A DNA stretch of 64,000 nucleotides, taken from assembly GCF_006345805.1 (NCBI RefSeq), contig NC_043000.1, forward strand, positions 69,626,001 through 69,690,000, in the 5' to 3' direction. Below, piece after piece: positions 1 through 13,031 of this stretch. The DNA is from Octopus sinensis. Its lineage: Eukaryota. A program made the position numbers and the translations under genes. The notes beneath the pieces were generated by a model, which was given only the letters and a program-made list of their open reading frames with translations, made no database searches and was not told where the DNA came from. The number at the start of each line of letters is the position of its first letter. Positions within the stretch are counted from its first letter, which is position 1.

Positions 1-97
1 TACGCATACAGTGTATCGAATATACTCATATACGCAAACATAGATCAATGAACAAACATTTATTATTCGTATCTAGTTCCATAGCCATTATTTTCAA

Positions 98-1396
98 TTA
101 CGGCCTTACAACGGTGGGACATGGAGTTCGACAAATGAACGCAAAAATCAATTGGAATGTTCTGTCATATTTCTTCAATAAAATATAATTGGGACAAATG
201 TGTTGGTTTTTTTTAGCATGAGCTCTTTTAGAAACATAATTCCATAAATTTTCTGTCGGATTCAAATCCGGGCTCTGCGGAGGACACTTAGTAACCACCA
301 TATTATTGCGCTCAAAATATTGCAAAAACATTCCTAGTCTTATGAACGGGACAATTGTCCTGCTGGAAAATAGATCCCGGTGGCATCTGATTATTTAGAT
401 AGGGCATCACATTTTCATTTACTAATTGCAGATAGCCTGCACTGTTCAGTCTGCCATCGACCAACAACTTGAACCAACAACTAGGCTGCTGAACGCGGCC
501 CACACTATTTCCCCCACCTCACGATATCGCCGTTTTTTGACACATTAAGGATGGCTTTTTTTCTGTTGGACGGCGTCTAACATAAGTCTTTCCGTCTGAT
601 CCAAAGATGCAGAAGCAGGATTCGCTGCTCCAATATGGCTATTAGAAAACTTGATCCGCTTCCGCCGGTTCGTCTTAGAAATTATCGGCTGCTTTCGGGC
701 GATCCAACCGAATAGTCCAAATTCTTTTAGGCGGTTTCTGATAGTTTGTAGTGTAAAGCTGATATCAGTTTCATCAGATAATTGCTTGCAAATGTCCACT
801 GCTGTTAGCATTCGGTTACCTTCAGAGAGCCTATGAATTCGGCGATCCGTCTGTACTGTTGTATTTTTTTCTTTTTTGGAGAGCCCGTTTTTTGCCGATC
901 TTTATATTGGCCAGTGGTTGGTAAAGCTTCCATGCTTGAACGCAAGCCATTTTACTGCATCCTAATTGCTTGCTAATGTTCATGAAGGACACATTTTGCT
1001 GATGAAGCAACATAACCTTTGAACTAGTAACTGGGCTGATACTATGATGCTTTCCCATAGTGAAGTAATGTGTAACAATGCTCGATTATTAAACAAAACA
1101 GTGCAGTACGAACAGCCCTATGACCACTATGACCCTATGACAACCCTTTGGTTTATTAATTTACATAATCTTGGTACGATCTTAAACTTATTTTGCCGAC
1201 AATTTCTAATCATTTGAATTAATTGCGTATTAAAATTATTCGAATTGTAGAAAGACATATAACGCCTACATCACTCGAAAGAGAAACAAATTCTACATAA
1301 ACTGTAAAAAGTAAAATAATTTTACAGTTTTATTAAAAATATATTAATAAAGGAATAAAACTGCCATCATCGGTCTTAAACTTATTTTGACCAGTG
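98..1396 (-). mobile_element. Tc1-family DNA transposon (DD34E), frameshifted transposase; the other end is probably outside the window
   Basis: Minus-strand ORF pieces 831-1058 (HTH, ISKQLGCSK), 545-811 (TIRNRLKEFGL..ARKQP), 312-503 (FQQDNCPVH) and 98-331 (PPQSPDLNPTENLW). The terminus ..CCAGTG is followed by TA at 1397-98. TCTTAAACTTATTTTG occurs at about 1180 and about 1374 (IR/DR-type binding sites). Confidence 0.88.
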
Positions 1397-1403
1397 TATA
1401 TTA

Positions 1404-1490
<87 letters not shown>

Positions 1491-1950
1491 CAGACAGATA
1501 GATATGCAGAAAGGGTGAGGTGGGGAGAGTAGCGACAGAAATGGATATACCACTGGACTGTGTGAGGAAATTTTTAGCGGCGTTCTATTAAAATGCAATG
1601 CAAGAAGTATCTAACAGTTCAGGTCATTAAGCATTGTGTATTCTACTTGAAACCCACTCAAGTTACTTACTGTGGTTTAGATGAAAGGAAAATAACTACG
1701 GGAAACTTCTCTTGCTATAAATAGGAATAAATAACTGAGAAAAAGATTCTGTACAAATAATTGAGTGGGTGGGCAATCCTAAATTCGTTAGGGTTCTTGA
1801 ATAACTATAGACATTCCACTGCACACGATGCTACCATTCCCATTAACTTTCCCTTGTACTTTGTGTCATTCCTATAATGTTAAAAATCCAGCACCCGGAA
1901 ACACTTAGAATTCATTAGAAATTTACTTCCTTAGTGATTCCCACAGATTC

Positions 1951-1960
1951 TTATAAATAG
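1951..1960 (+). promoter_or_regulatory. Candidate TATA box of VWA gene A
   Basis: TATAAATA about 110 bp upstream of the ATG at 2065. Gene B has an equivalent motif. Confidence 0.45.
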
Positions 1961-2064
1961 ATACACAGTTGAATAAAATTGCCAAAACGTTTCTATAAAG
2001 AATATAAAGTACATTCAAACATCAATACTTAGTAATCTACATCGAAGAAGATTTTAGCGAGAAA

Positions 2065-2112
2065 ATGAATTCTATTAACATTTGGGTTATTGCAGCCATT
2101 TCTTTAATATTG
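2065..2112 (+). CDS. VWA gene A exon 1 (signal peptide MNSINIWVIAAISLIL). Gene A = join(2065-2112,4768-4798,6982-7545,10131-10313,12460-13010), 458 aa
   Basis: AAAATG start, 16 mostly hydrophobic codons and a strong TTG|GTAAGT donor (phase 0). The joined CDS is 1377 nt, open, and ends in TGA. Confidence 0.8.
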
Positions 2113-4110
2113 GTAAGTTAAGTTTAATCAAATTCTTTTTTCTTTATGAAGATACAGTGTATGTAAACAAAGCAAAATAATGAAGTCCATAATGCAAAAA
2201 AATCGAGAATGTAATTATACCGATCACTATTTTTCTTATGCTGCAATTGAGGATGGAAAATTTGTAGTTACTACGTGGCTTGTAGTTGCGTGTAGCAGAA
2301 TACACTTCATTGCAAGCATTTGGACCATTCTTGTCGAAGATATCTTCCTCCTACCAACCTCAGAAACTCTAAAGTGGTTTATGGATGCAACTTTTTTCCC
2401 TCTGAAAAATCCATTAAAAAACAAAACTATGGAAGTGAATGAAATATGTTCATTCGCTAACTTTTTTCTATCAAATCTAAAATTATAAAATGTACCTGAA
2501 GATACATAAATGGAAAGAGATTTTATAATAAATATATTTTAACGTACACAACTATAAGTAGAACGATTTTGAAAAGCATGGATAAGTTAGTTACGTCATG
2601 GCTGAACTACTAAAAGTTAACTTATGATAAAGTATTAAATATTGCATCTGTCTATATTTGAATATTTTTATGTATAGATAAGTATATTTCTGTTCCAAAA
2701 TATAAATGAATAATACATGCATTTGTGAATGTGTCAGTGTGTATGTGCTTGTACATGCACACTTTCTTATATTTAACAATCAAAATTATATAAATTAATT
2801 TCCATGAAGTGTACTTGTTTTTTCCCTTCCTTTATAATTATAACATGAAACTTGTTTCAGTGTAATACGATAACATAAGCACTAATATCAATTTTCAAAA
2901 TGGGAATACTATATCGTTTCTATTCATCCTTGCATTATAGTATTAAACTGTAAATTTATATTTGTTAGTAAACACTTACATGTATAATATTTAGCTAAAG
3001 CAAAGTTTTTAGTATATAATATACTTGACTAATTTCTGAAATTGAGTTTTCTGAAGTTATTCTTACAATTACTTCATATTTCTTCTCCTTAAACTAAATA
3101 ATCTGAAAGAACATAAACATCTTGTGCAATTCTGTTATTAACTAATGGATTCGCAGAAATTAATTTCTATAATTATGGCTCTACCTAAATATTTTTACAG
3201 CCTCTTAGATTTACCAAAATGGATTTATTCTTATTTAATTCTGTCTACCATTTATCTGAATTATTCAATCTGATTAACTAATTGCAATACTATTCTCCGA
3301 CAAGTACCCAAAAGCACTGTTGTATTTATATTATTTAGTGAAGCATCAAAAGAAAATGGAGAATTAAAAAGTCTATAAACAACAAAACCAACAAATAAAT
3401 GGCTTTAATTTCATTTTCTTTTACCTTAAGATATATTTTTTCTTCTAACAAAACAGACTTCCATTTATTTAAACTGTTTTTTTACCTTTAACTTGGAAGT
3501 AACAAAATGAGAATTGCAATTTTCAAATTAAAATTGAAAATATCAGACATGTTCTATAACATTCGTGGAATGTTAAGACAAGTTTGGACGTTCGATGGAC
3601 ATGTGCATATAGGTTAAATGTGAAACAGTATGGCATTCATGTAGACTTTCAAAACACTACTTATAATACTAAGACATAACATGTAAAATAATGGTGAAAA
3701 GAATGTTTTACTGTATAGATAAATGAAGTAAAGATTTGAACATTTAAATATTCATTTATTTGAAAATTTTCTACGATTTACAGTATATTTTGTCACAAAT
3801 ATATGCTTATCACCTAATTTCGGAACTGGAAATCGATTGCACACCATGCTAACGCACACAATTTGAAATACATTTCGCTTCAGCCAGCTTATTTTATTAA
3901 TTAGATAGTTATACTAGAGACATTTCACACACGTTCAGTCTTAACGCGAGGATCGTTCTGTTGTAGTCGATTGAATAACTGCTGAGAAAAATATCCATGA
4001 TATTACAAGTTAAATTGCTGTCTGAAATGGGGTTTTCTATAATTGCTCTTATTTCTTCACTCTCTTCGGTGTTGTCTCAATGGTCTTTCTATCATTTAAG
4101 CAGATATCTG

Positions 4111-4555
4111 CTTCAAATTTTAGCACAAGGCCAGAAATTTTAGGAGAGGGGGTAAGTCGGTTATATCGACCTCAGAGCTCAATTGGTACTTATTTTAGCA
4201 ATCCCGGAAGGATGAACGGCAAAGTCGACCTCGGTGGAATTTGAACCCAGAACGTAAAGATGGACGAAATACTGCTCAGCATTTTTCCTGGCGTGCTAAT
4301 GATTCTGCCAGTTCGCTGCATTAATCAATTAACCAAATATCGGTTTCAAAATTTGGCAAAAGACCATAAATTTCAGGGTAGGGTTAAGTCGATTACATCG
4401 ATCCCAGTACTCGAGTAGTACTTATTTTATCAACCCCGAAAGGTTGAATGGTTAAGTCGAGATCGGCAGAATTTGAACTCAGGTCATGAAAACAGACGAA
4501 ATACTGTTAAGCATTTTGCCTACAGTGCTAACGATTCTGTTAGCTCATCGTCTTG
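4111..4555 (-). mobile_element. Two tandem copies of a tRNA-derived SINE (about 4111-4323 and about 4344-4555)
   Basis: The reverse complement reads GCAGCGAACTGGCAGAATC..GGGTTCAAATTCC (A/B-box-like head) followed by ..TTCATCCTTCCGG..AAAATAAGTACC. The same family occurs at about 12050-12225, about 13140-13235 and 63454-63666. Confidence 0.8.
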
Positions 4556-4767
4556 AATTAACGAAATGTGAAGAAATAAAAATATTTAATATCTTTTATG
4601 TTGTAGATCAATGAAATAAATTTCTATTTCATTATTTTATCCCCAGGCTATATCTAAAGCTACACCTAAAGATACATCTCCAAAATTAGATATTCGATAT
4701 TTGCACGTATAATATATCTCATGTTATAATCCAATAACTAACATTTAAACAATTCATTTGTTACTAG

Positions 4768-4798
4768 GTTCAAGTTCACGGTAAACAGATTGAGAAAG
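4768..4798 (+). CDS. VWA gene A exon 2 (31-nt micro-exon, VQVHGKQIEK-)
   Basis: TTACTAG| acceptor and AAG|GTATGT donor; phase 0 to 1 links exon 1 to exon 3 in frame. It supplies a plausible signal-peptidase site, VHG|KQ. Confidence 0.72.
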
Positions 4799-5567
4799 GT
4801 ATGTACTGCTTTACTGAATTTAAAATGAAGTTTGACGGTTGTTGTAAAGTGGAAAATATGTATATAAATATGTTAGGTTACATTCTAGAAAACAATAATA
4901 ACGGATGTACTGTCTCATTAATTACTCATATCCGGGAAGTAAAAATGAGTAGGTGCATTTATGTGACTTTCAAAAATGCATTGATGACTTAAGGAGGAGG
5001 AGGTTGCACCTCTTCGAGAATAATGTTGCAATGTTGAGAACTTACCACCTATCTAAAGTAAAAGATATGATTATATAGTGGAGACTGTAACAGTTCGGAA
5101 AAAATATGTGTTGATGTTGTTCCTATTGAAATTAGGATTTCACGCTGCTAGATTTCTTTAGCGCAAACATTCTGTAGAGAGTTAAAATTGTTATGTGCAA
5201 AGGATAATGCTTTAAGCATTCTAAACTTAATATCTAAATACATTTGGCATTGAATACACTCTATACTATATTATTCACACTAAGACACGTTTAGCGAATT
5301 CTCTACAACATACCAAATGTGTTCTGTTATCCTGTTATGTGTTTCAGCCCTAAGGATGTGGCCGTGCTGGGGCACCGCCATTGAGCTGATCGTATCAATA
5401 ATGTATGTTGATGTAAGATAACTATGTAATAAAATAACACTTACATATACATATAATATCGATTTCTAAATTTGGCACAATATCCGAATAATTTGATCCC
5501 AATATTTGACTAGTACTTATTTTATCAAGTGAAGAAAGCTGAATTTCAAAGTCTATCCTCGTGTATA

Positions 5568-6821
5568 TGAATGTCGGCTGAAAAGTTCATAGGCTGACCA
5601 AGTTATTCTCTTGGAGTATGATCAGATGAGGTTTATTTTTTAACATAGCTCCTCTTTGCGGACCTCACACTTCTTTCATCGGTGTTGCAGGGCTTCGATC
5701 CCACTGATGAAGAAACTTTTATTCTAGTCATAAACGTCATCATCATTGCAATACCGGTTCCCAAGTGTTTTTCATGTTGGGAAACAGATGATAGTCAGAT
5801 GGGGTCAGAAGAATAGACACGGTGATAAACCAGTTCAAAGCCACAGTTTCGCACAGTAGCCACTGAAACCAATGACTTGTGTGCTGCATCATTATCCTGA
5901 TGAAACAAGACCTTTTTCGTCAGTTTTCCTGGGTCTTCGGTTTTCATAGCATTTCGTAACTGTCTCAGCAAGTTGTCATACTAATCTCCATTGATGGTGT
6001 GGCCATTTTGAAGATAGCCAATAAACACAATGTCTTCTGCATTCCAAAAACTGAGGCCGTCACCTTTCCTGTACGTGGAACGACCTTGGCTTTCTTTGAA
6101 GCAGAGGAGGAAGGGTCTTTCCACTGAATGGATTGTTTCTTTGTCTCTGGCTGAAAGTGATGAAGCCAGCACTCATCTTGGCTTATGAAGCATTCAAGAA
6201 AACCAGATGGACCTGCCTTAAGCTAAGTCAGATTTTCTCATGATGTGATCGGCCTGGTGCACTTTTGATCAGATATAAGAAGAACTGGCACCCACTGATC
6301 AGTAACCTTCATCATGCCAAGTTCATTGTATAGAATATTCTCAACTCTCTCACGGAATATGTTAATAGTATTGGCTAGTTGATATATAGTCGCCTGTCAC
6401 GCGTCAGCATATGTTGAACACGATCAATATTTTTCTCGGTGGTGGCAGTTGCAGGACGTCCAGACTATGTCATGTTTGAGTCTATCTTTCCCTCCTAAAT
6501 TCAGCTGACCACTTTTGCACTGTTGACAAAGCTGGTGTGTAACCTTCTAATGTAGCAACTATGTTAGCATGAATGTCAATGGCGGGGGGGGGGGGGCTAA
6601 ACTGTTTTTTTTTATATAGATACTTGATAACACCACGATGACAAATTTTGTTCATTTTCAATAGAAGTCGCTACTAGTTACATTTGAAGTCTTCTTTTGA
6701 ACAGTAATATGTCAGTTTAGATGGCAATAAACAAAGCAGAGTTGAAATTAATGCAATGAAGATTTCACAGTTCTCGCATCACTCTCCATAGTCAGCCAAT
6801 GAACTTTTCAGCCCACCATCG
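5568..6821 (-). mobile_element. Degenerate mariner element in intron 2 of gene A
   Basis: TIRs TGAATGTCGGCTGAAAAGTTCATAGGCTGAC and GTCAGCCAATGAACTTTTCAGCCCACCATCG, TA flanks, about 1.25 kb. Minus-strand remnants such as SGIEALQHR. Confidence 0.8.
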
Positions 6822-6981
6822 TATTTTCAAATCAGAAAAGTTTAAAACATTCAATTTAGCACTTGCGTGTCTGCTACTCCGCCTTTGTTATAAAAATATG
6901 ATGTTAAAATTTAAAGTTAGCACGTTGTCAACTATGTACAGCAATTTTGAAACTATATCTCTAATATTTTTATTTTCACAG

Positions 6982-7545
6982 AATGTTCCGGAAAGGCAGC
7001 AAATATTATATTTGTTATGGACACATCAAGTAGTATTTGGATTGTTGACTATAAAAAACAGATAAGATTCTTCCAGAAAATGATAGAAAACTTCCACATT
7101 GGGCAAAGTAATTCGCATGTGCGAGTGGGTGCCATAACATTCAGTGATAGAGCTCATTTGGAATTCCCTCTCGATAAATTCACTAACAAAGAAGATTTGA
7201 AAGTAGCTTTAGGCGCAATCCCTTATAGAAAAGGACAAACAAATACTGCCGCAGCATTACAGCTTTTAATGAAAGAAGTGAAACCAAAACTGAAAGTATA
7301 CACAGCGCCTTTTATAGCTATTGTTATAACTGATGGGAAATCCCGTGATGCAAATGCTACTCGGCACGCAGCTAAATTGCTCCATAAAGTTGGAGTAAAC
7401 GTTTATGCAATAGGAGTCGGAAAACGTTTTGATACAAAAGAATTAAACGCAATAGCAAGTGACCCTGCAAATAATGTACTTCTCGTCGCTAGCTATTCAG
7501 CTTTGGAAAAGATTGCTCGTTACTTTGGTGTTAAAACTTGTAAAG
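6982..7545 (+). CDS. VWA gene A exon 3: von Willebrand factor A domain (collagen VI/XII- or matrilin-like), intact MIDAS
   Basis: Polypyrimidine-CAG acceptor and AAG|GTACGT donor. Translation CSGKAANIIFVMDTSSS..VRVGAITFS..GQTNT..IVITDG..NVYAIGVG..KTC. DxSxS, T and D of the MIDAS site and both flanking Cys are present. Confidence 0.95.
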
Positions 7546-7614
7546 GTACGTATCAGAAATTAAATGTCATATACCTATATAATAGATAATGTGTGTGTGT
7601 GTGTGTGTGTGTGT

Positions 7615-7860
7615 GAAGGCGCATGGCTTAGTGGTTAGGGTGTTACATTCACGATTGCGAGATCAAGGGGTTTGATTCCCAGACCTGGCGTTGCGTTGCG
7701 TTCTTGAGCAAATCACTCCATTTCACGTTGCTCTGCGATCATTTCGTCATATTACATGTGGCACATGGTGCACCTATGGAGGTAATTCCGATTTGATGGA
7801 GGGTGTGAGCTTGTATGAACACAAACATTTGATCACTATAAACAAGTCATTTCTGTGCCT
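7615..7860 (+). mobile_element. tRNA-derived SINE with a CORE-like central region
   Basis: GGCGCATGGCTTAGTGGTTAG..GGTTTGATTCC head, then GTTCTTGAGCAA..ATTTCACGTTGCTC. A related copy lies at 30354-30663 on the minus strand. Confidence 0.75.
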
Positions 7861-7918
7861 TTTCGGCGAAAAATTGCTGACCCCTCCCCCATGCGTCATC
7901 TAACGACGGGAGAGTGCA

Positions 7919-7959
<41 letters not shown>

Positions 7960-7980
7960 CATATATGTATACACACACAG

Positions 7981-8026
<46 letters not shown>

Positions 8027-8233
8027 GCATATATGGGCACAGGACTTTACCAAAGGTAAACAACATGAAATACGAAAACAAATGGGTTCAATACGCAAAC
8101 AACGAGAGAAACAAAAGGAAAAGAAGACAAGTAACTTAAAGAACGACCCTTCATCGGTTGTAGGCTGTCTATCTACTCCTCATTTCGATCATTGAACGAC
8201 AATGAGTCTTCGAAGACAGTTACACCCATAAGT

Positions 8234-8562
8234 AAATTTGGGATTTATGGAGGGTCAAAGTTGGGAACAAAAACAGGACAGTGGAGACATACATTTACTC
8301 GTTGCTCACACGTGACCACCGTCCATCTTTCTTTTCCTTACGTGATCATCTTCCTTTTCTTTTAGGGCTGTCCTAAGGAATGGAGTATCCTATCTCTCTC
8401 TTCTATCTTTTCTCTTGCCGAAGCAAATATTTCTCCAGCGTTCACCATTTTACCCTCCTTCTGGTGTAACAACCCTGCATGTTTGTTTTTGTTCGGTTTC
8501 TTTGTATGTCACGATTATCCTGATTTTGTTCCAAACGTTGAGCCTCCATAAATCCCAAATTT
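8234..8562. repeat. Imperfect inverted repeat (arms 8234-8292 and 8504-8562) in an intronic repeat fragment
   Basis: AAATTTGGGATTTATGGAGG..GACATAC and its reverse complement GTATGTC..CCTCCATAAATCCCAAATTT. Confidence 0.75.
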
Positions 8563-8740
8563 TATTTCGATTCCCAGAGTGTTTATTGAGAGAAAAGACC
8601 TAAAGCTCCTGGAGGCATCGGCAAGTTATAGAAACAAGAACATGAGTACTTAAGTGCAACACTGCGTAGATTTTTTTCTAATAATAATATTGTACACAAC
8701 TTAAGATGTTAGCCTAGCCTTAAAGTTTATTGTCCTCTTT

Positions 8741-8811
<71 letters not shown>

Positions 8812-8942
8812 CTGCATCGGAAATCTGCAATGTCTCCATAACTATTGTCTCACCTATAACTTTGGAGCCCTAGTAATCCGTTAGAGCACTGACCTAGCGT
8901 ACCTAATCGTTCAGAACACCATTGAATTAAACCCCCGTACTT

Positions 8943-8981
<39 letters not shown>

Positions 8982-8996
8982 GTATGTGTGTGTGTG

Positions 8997-9029
<33 letters not shown>

Positions 9030-10130
9030 TGTGTGTACACTTTTCGCTGACGAGTATTTTCTCGTTGTTTTGTATTTATCTATAATTGAAGATTTTACAA
9101 ATTAATATTTCATGCCACCTGACTTTATATTAATTAGAGATCAACTGGTTTAATTCATGTCTTCAATTTATTTCTTTTGTTTTTTATATTCCAAAAGTAT
9201 ATTTTTGCTTTTCTTGTTGCTAATAAGGTTTAATATATTTTGTTTATGCTCATAAGTGATAGAATATATTTCTTGTTACTGAAACAATATTCCTCATTTA
9301 AACATTTATATGATCGAATTTCTGCTTGAAAATTGTGTGAGTTATATAAAATAGATAAAAGTTAAATATTACCGTGAAGAATTCATATTTTTAATCATCG
9401 TTTTTAATAATTCGTGCAAGAAAGCTGATTAAAAATATTTATTATTTCTCTTCTAATACAATGATATTCGAAGAAGTTGGTTCCATAGAAGCTTAATTGT
9501 AATTATTTGAATTGTAAATTGTATGTCTGAAGTCGATAATAGGATGAAATAATTAATTTATATAATGCTATTCGCAATGAGAGAAATTAGCTGACATGAG
9601 ATGTAACGGAATTTGATAGTTTTTTCGCGTTCAATATTTATGAAGCCATTCCATTTTTCTTTAAAAGATCTCCAGATCATTCAACAACATGGCGAATGAT
9701 CAGGAGATATTTGAGTTTTGCTTAAGGTAGAGAAAAGTATTAGTAGCATTTAGAGGGAAACCAACTTTGGAAATTAAAAATATAATGGATGGCTCTGAGA
9801 CCAGCAGTAAATAAGTATAACAATTAATACATAAAAAGCATAATGATCTAATTTTAGTGCAATCGTCAGGTTACTAAAATGAAGTACGAAATCATAGGAT
9901 TCATGACTTTTTCAATGGCAAATTTCAATGTAGAAATAGTAGAAATAGCTACAAAAGTAGAAATAGCTACAAGCTGAAATTGAAATCGTGTAATGGAGTT
10001 TGTTAACTGGAAGTTTCCATGAACTTTTCACCACTGGCTTATATATCGAAAATATGTCTTGCCTTTTACTGGTTTCAGTTATCTAGTTGTATATATATCC
10101 AATTTTATTATAAGGTGCTATCTGTTTTAG

Positions 10131-10313
10131 ATATTACAACTTTACCGCCAACAATACCAACAACGACACCGACAACAACAAAGATAACGACACCAGTCAC
10201 AACTACAACAGCAGCAGCAACAACAACAACAACAACACAAGCCACAACAATAACATCAACAACTATACCGACCACTAAAACCACGGAAATGCCGCCACAA
10301 CAGGATCAATCAA
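10131..10313 (+). CDS. VWA gene A exon 4: Thr/Pro-rich mucin-like linker
   Basis: TGTTTTAG| acceptor and CAA|GTAAGT donor, phase 1 to 1. Translation DITTLPPTIPTTTPTTTKITTPVTTTTAAATTTTTTQATTITSTTIPTTKTTEMPPQQDQS. Confidence 0.88.
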
Positions 10314-11099
10314 GTAAGTTCAGTTAAATATTTCTTTAAAGGATCATGTTAGATTATGCAAGAAAGAATCGGTGATTAATATTAAATAATAAACAATGAA
10401 AGGCTAATCCTAATAAAACAGTTAGCTATTCTATAGCGAAAGAAATTTTGTGAAACGAAAATTTTGGAATCCCGTCTTTCGTCGAAATACTCATGAAATA
10501 CATCTGCAAAGATTTTGATCAGTGAGATTTCACTAGCTTATTTACTTTTCATTGTCCTAGAAAGACAGACGATATGTAAGTATGAAATCTCATGTACACG
10601 TGCCTGTGCATAAGTAAACATTTACTGATAGAGATACACATGTTATAGACTTCACACACTTCCTGAACAAATGCCTTCGAACAATCCTTTCTTTTTTACT
10701 TTTGCACACGTTATCATATCTTGTGTACATACAAACACATCGCATAAATCAATACACACACAGATACACACGCGTATAATGTGAAACAAGGTACCAAGAA
10801 CACGAAAAGAAAGACGTATAACGAGGATAACGCTAGCGCTTACACGCGCACACACACAAGTACACACTCAAATGCACACACGTATACACACACTCCTACA
10901 TGTTTATGTGTGTGTGTGTGCCGGTTTTCTTTTTCTTTTTGAAATATATTTTGAAGGTACATCACTCTACGTGTTCAGTATTTTTTAAGAATAATTTTTA
11001 AGTATTTCCTTATTAGACTTGTATATTTAGTTTCAAACAATACAATTCCTAAGTCCATTTTCGTTTCGAGACCTTGGATTCATCATCTGGTCGTATTGA

Positions 11100-11720
11100 T
11101 GATGACTCTATTATTGCAATGTTTTTGTAGTAAGCAGTAATGGATCGTGGAATGTGGTAAACCTTCAGCTAGGAGAAAAAACAAGGCATATGATCCTTTT
11201 ATAGAGTTGGGTAAGAGACGGGGAGGAAAGTATACTTGAGCCAATGACAGCCCGAATGCTTGGAACAGGTAAAGGTACCGCGCTGAAGATACCCAAGGCA
11301 CCATTTGGTAGCATTAACTAAGCAACTAGTTAAGTCTACCACCTAAGAAGAAGATGCTGTAAGGGATGAAATAACCTTCGCCGGTTTCAAATTGTGAAGT
11401 TTTTACTGCTGGTAGCCAGCCTGAAAGCGTACTCACGCGAATTCAAGCAGCCGAAATGGGGTTCCTCTGAACGATCTCTGGGATAACCTTATAGCGTAGC
11501 TCAGAAATCAGGGAATATCAGGGAATATCCCAAGGGTGATCTGCTATTTCGCATTGAGAAGTCACAGCTGCTGTAGTACATACATAGTCTCAGTTATTGA
11601 GACTAGAGTATCCAACCAGAAAATGTAATGACAGTTGATTCTGATAAGACCTTATGGAGGTAGTATCTGAGGACTCTACTCCAACAACCTTTCTAAGAAT
11701 AGAGAGCAGAGAAGTTGGAT
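11100..11720 (+). mobile_element. Degenerate non-LTR retrotransposon 3' fragment (RTE-like)
   Basis: Remnant RIQAAEMGFL*TISGITL, typical of the post-RT region of RTE/RTE-X LINEs. Many stop codons. Confidence 0.5.
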
Positions 11721-12459
11721 GGATAACACTTTCATTGTTTATTCCACAGTTGCTGACCTTTTGGTTAGTGTTTTATTAATAACACTTCCATAGTTAATCT
11801 TCCAGTTTTATTGTATAAGATTGTATGAAATGACGATATCAATAACTAATATTCTCAAAGTCATTTTGTGTTCTGTATTGTAATCTGTTATCTGCTGTAA
11901 TGACTCTCTGATATAAGTTTGTAAATGCATAATCAACCGATGAAAAATTTGCATATATGCTGGATATGATGCAAAGTATCAGCCAGCAGACTAAGGTGAC
12001 ACTTGTTTACTGGTCATGCTTCAAGAATCCTGCAAAGAATTCTTGGTTAGCTGTCAGAATACTTAGCGTGCAGGATAGAAATTCTCACGCTCTGAGTTAA
12101 AATTCTTGCCTTTCATTATCTCGGAGTCGGTGAAATAAATACCAGTTAAGCATTGAAGTCGATTTAATTGACTAGCCCCCTCCTCCGAAATTTCAGGCTA
12201 TGTGCCTATAGTAGAAAGGATCATTATTATTGTTTATAGTTTTGTCTTATTCAACTCACCAGAATTATATAGTGAATAGAATCGTGCTAGATGACTTAAT
12301 AATGAGATGCGTGTTTTGAATTCTCATACATATGAGCCCCATAAAAGTGTACAAAATAGAAATAAGAAAATACGAAATAAAATTTCTCATTTCCTACGAA
12401 TTACAATGATATTTCCCTTTTACTATAACTTAATAAATGTAACTTTCTTCTTTTCAAAG

Positions 12460-13010
12460 GTACTGTGTCGTTTGGATATGACATTCTAACATTGGGAATT
12501 TACCGCACCGATATAATTACACAGTTTATACAGACCATGCTTCCATACACACCATATGGAAGATACAGAACATTCTCTTTTGTTGATTGCCCACAAAGCT
12601 ATAATCAGCCATTTACAACTTTAATTAATAAAACAAACGCTGAACTTGGTAAACTTATTAAACCAACATACCCGGGACTAACTGGTATTGTACGCCATAT
12701 GGGAAAAGGACTCAATATGCATCCTAATTTATACACAAAGCAATTAGCTGTTCTATTTCTAGATCCATCACTGACTGTTTTAACTGCTGAGTTAATGTCA
12801 GAAATAGAGAATCTAAAACAATTAGGAACAAAAGTATTTTTAATCAACGTTGGAAATACTATATGGCCAAATGTTCAGACATTGCATTCTATGAGCAGTC
12901 AACCGTACACTCATTATATTTACAATATTCCATCTTATAATCAATTATTGTATACAGCCCACCATTCACCTTGCAGTTTTCGACCATTATGTAATCAAAA
13001 AGTTATCTGA
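12460..13010 (+). CDS. VWA gene A exon 5 (last): divergent VWA-like domain lacking MIDAS
   Basis: Polypyrimidine-AAG acceptor, in frame with exon 4. Translation STVSFGYDILTLG..LAVLFLDP..LKQLGTKVFLINVG..LHSMSSQP..IPSYNQL. TGA is followed at once by AATAAA (13011-16). Homologous to 62868-63406. Confidence 0.88.
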
Positions 13011-13031
13011 AATAAATATTTCAAAAATAAA
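13011..13031 (+). terminator. Candidate polyadenylation signals of gene A
   Basis: AATAAA at 13011 and again at about 13026, directly after the stop codon. Confidence 0.5.

Noticed and set aside
4647-4706. Possible extra in-frame exon of gene A (AISKATPKDTSPKLDIRYLH) after a good CCCCAG acceptor
   Set aside because: The donor CAC|GTATAA is weak, there is no counterpart in gene B, and the model is complete without it. It cannot be excluded as a minor isoform without RNA-seq.
7615-7690. tRNA-like sequence with A and B boxes
   Set aside because: There is no complete cloverleaf and it continues into a SINE body, so it is a SINE head. The same holds for the other tRNA-like heads.
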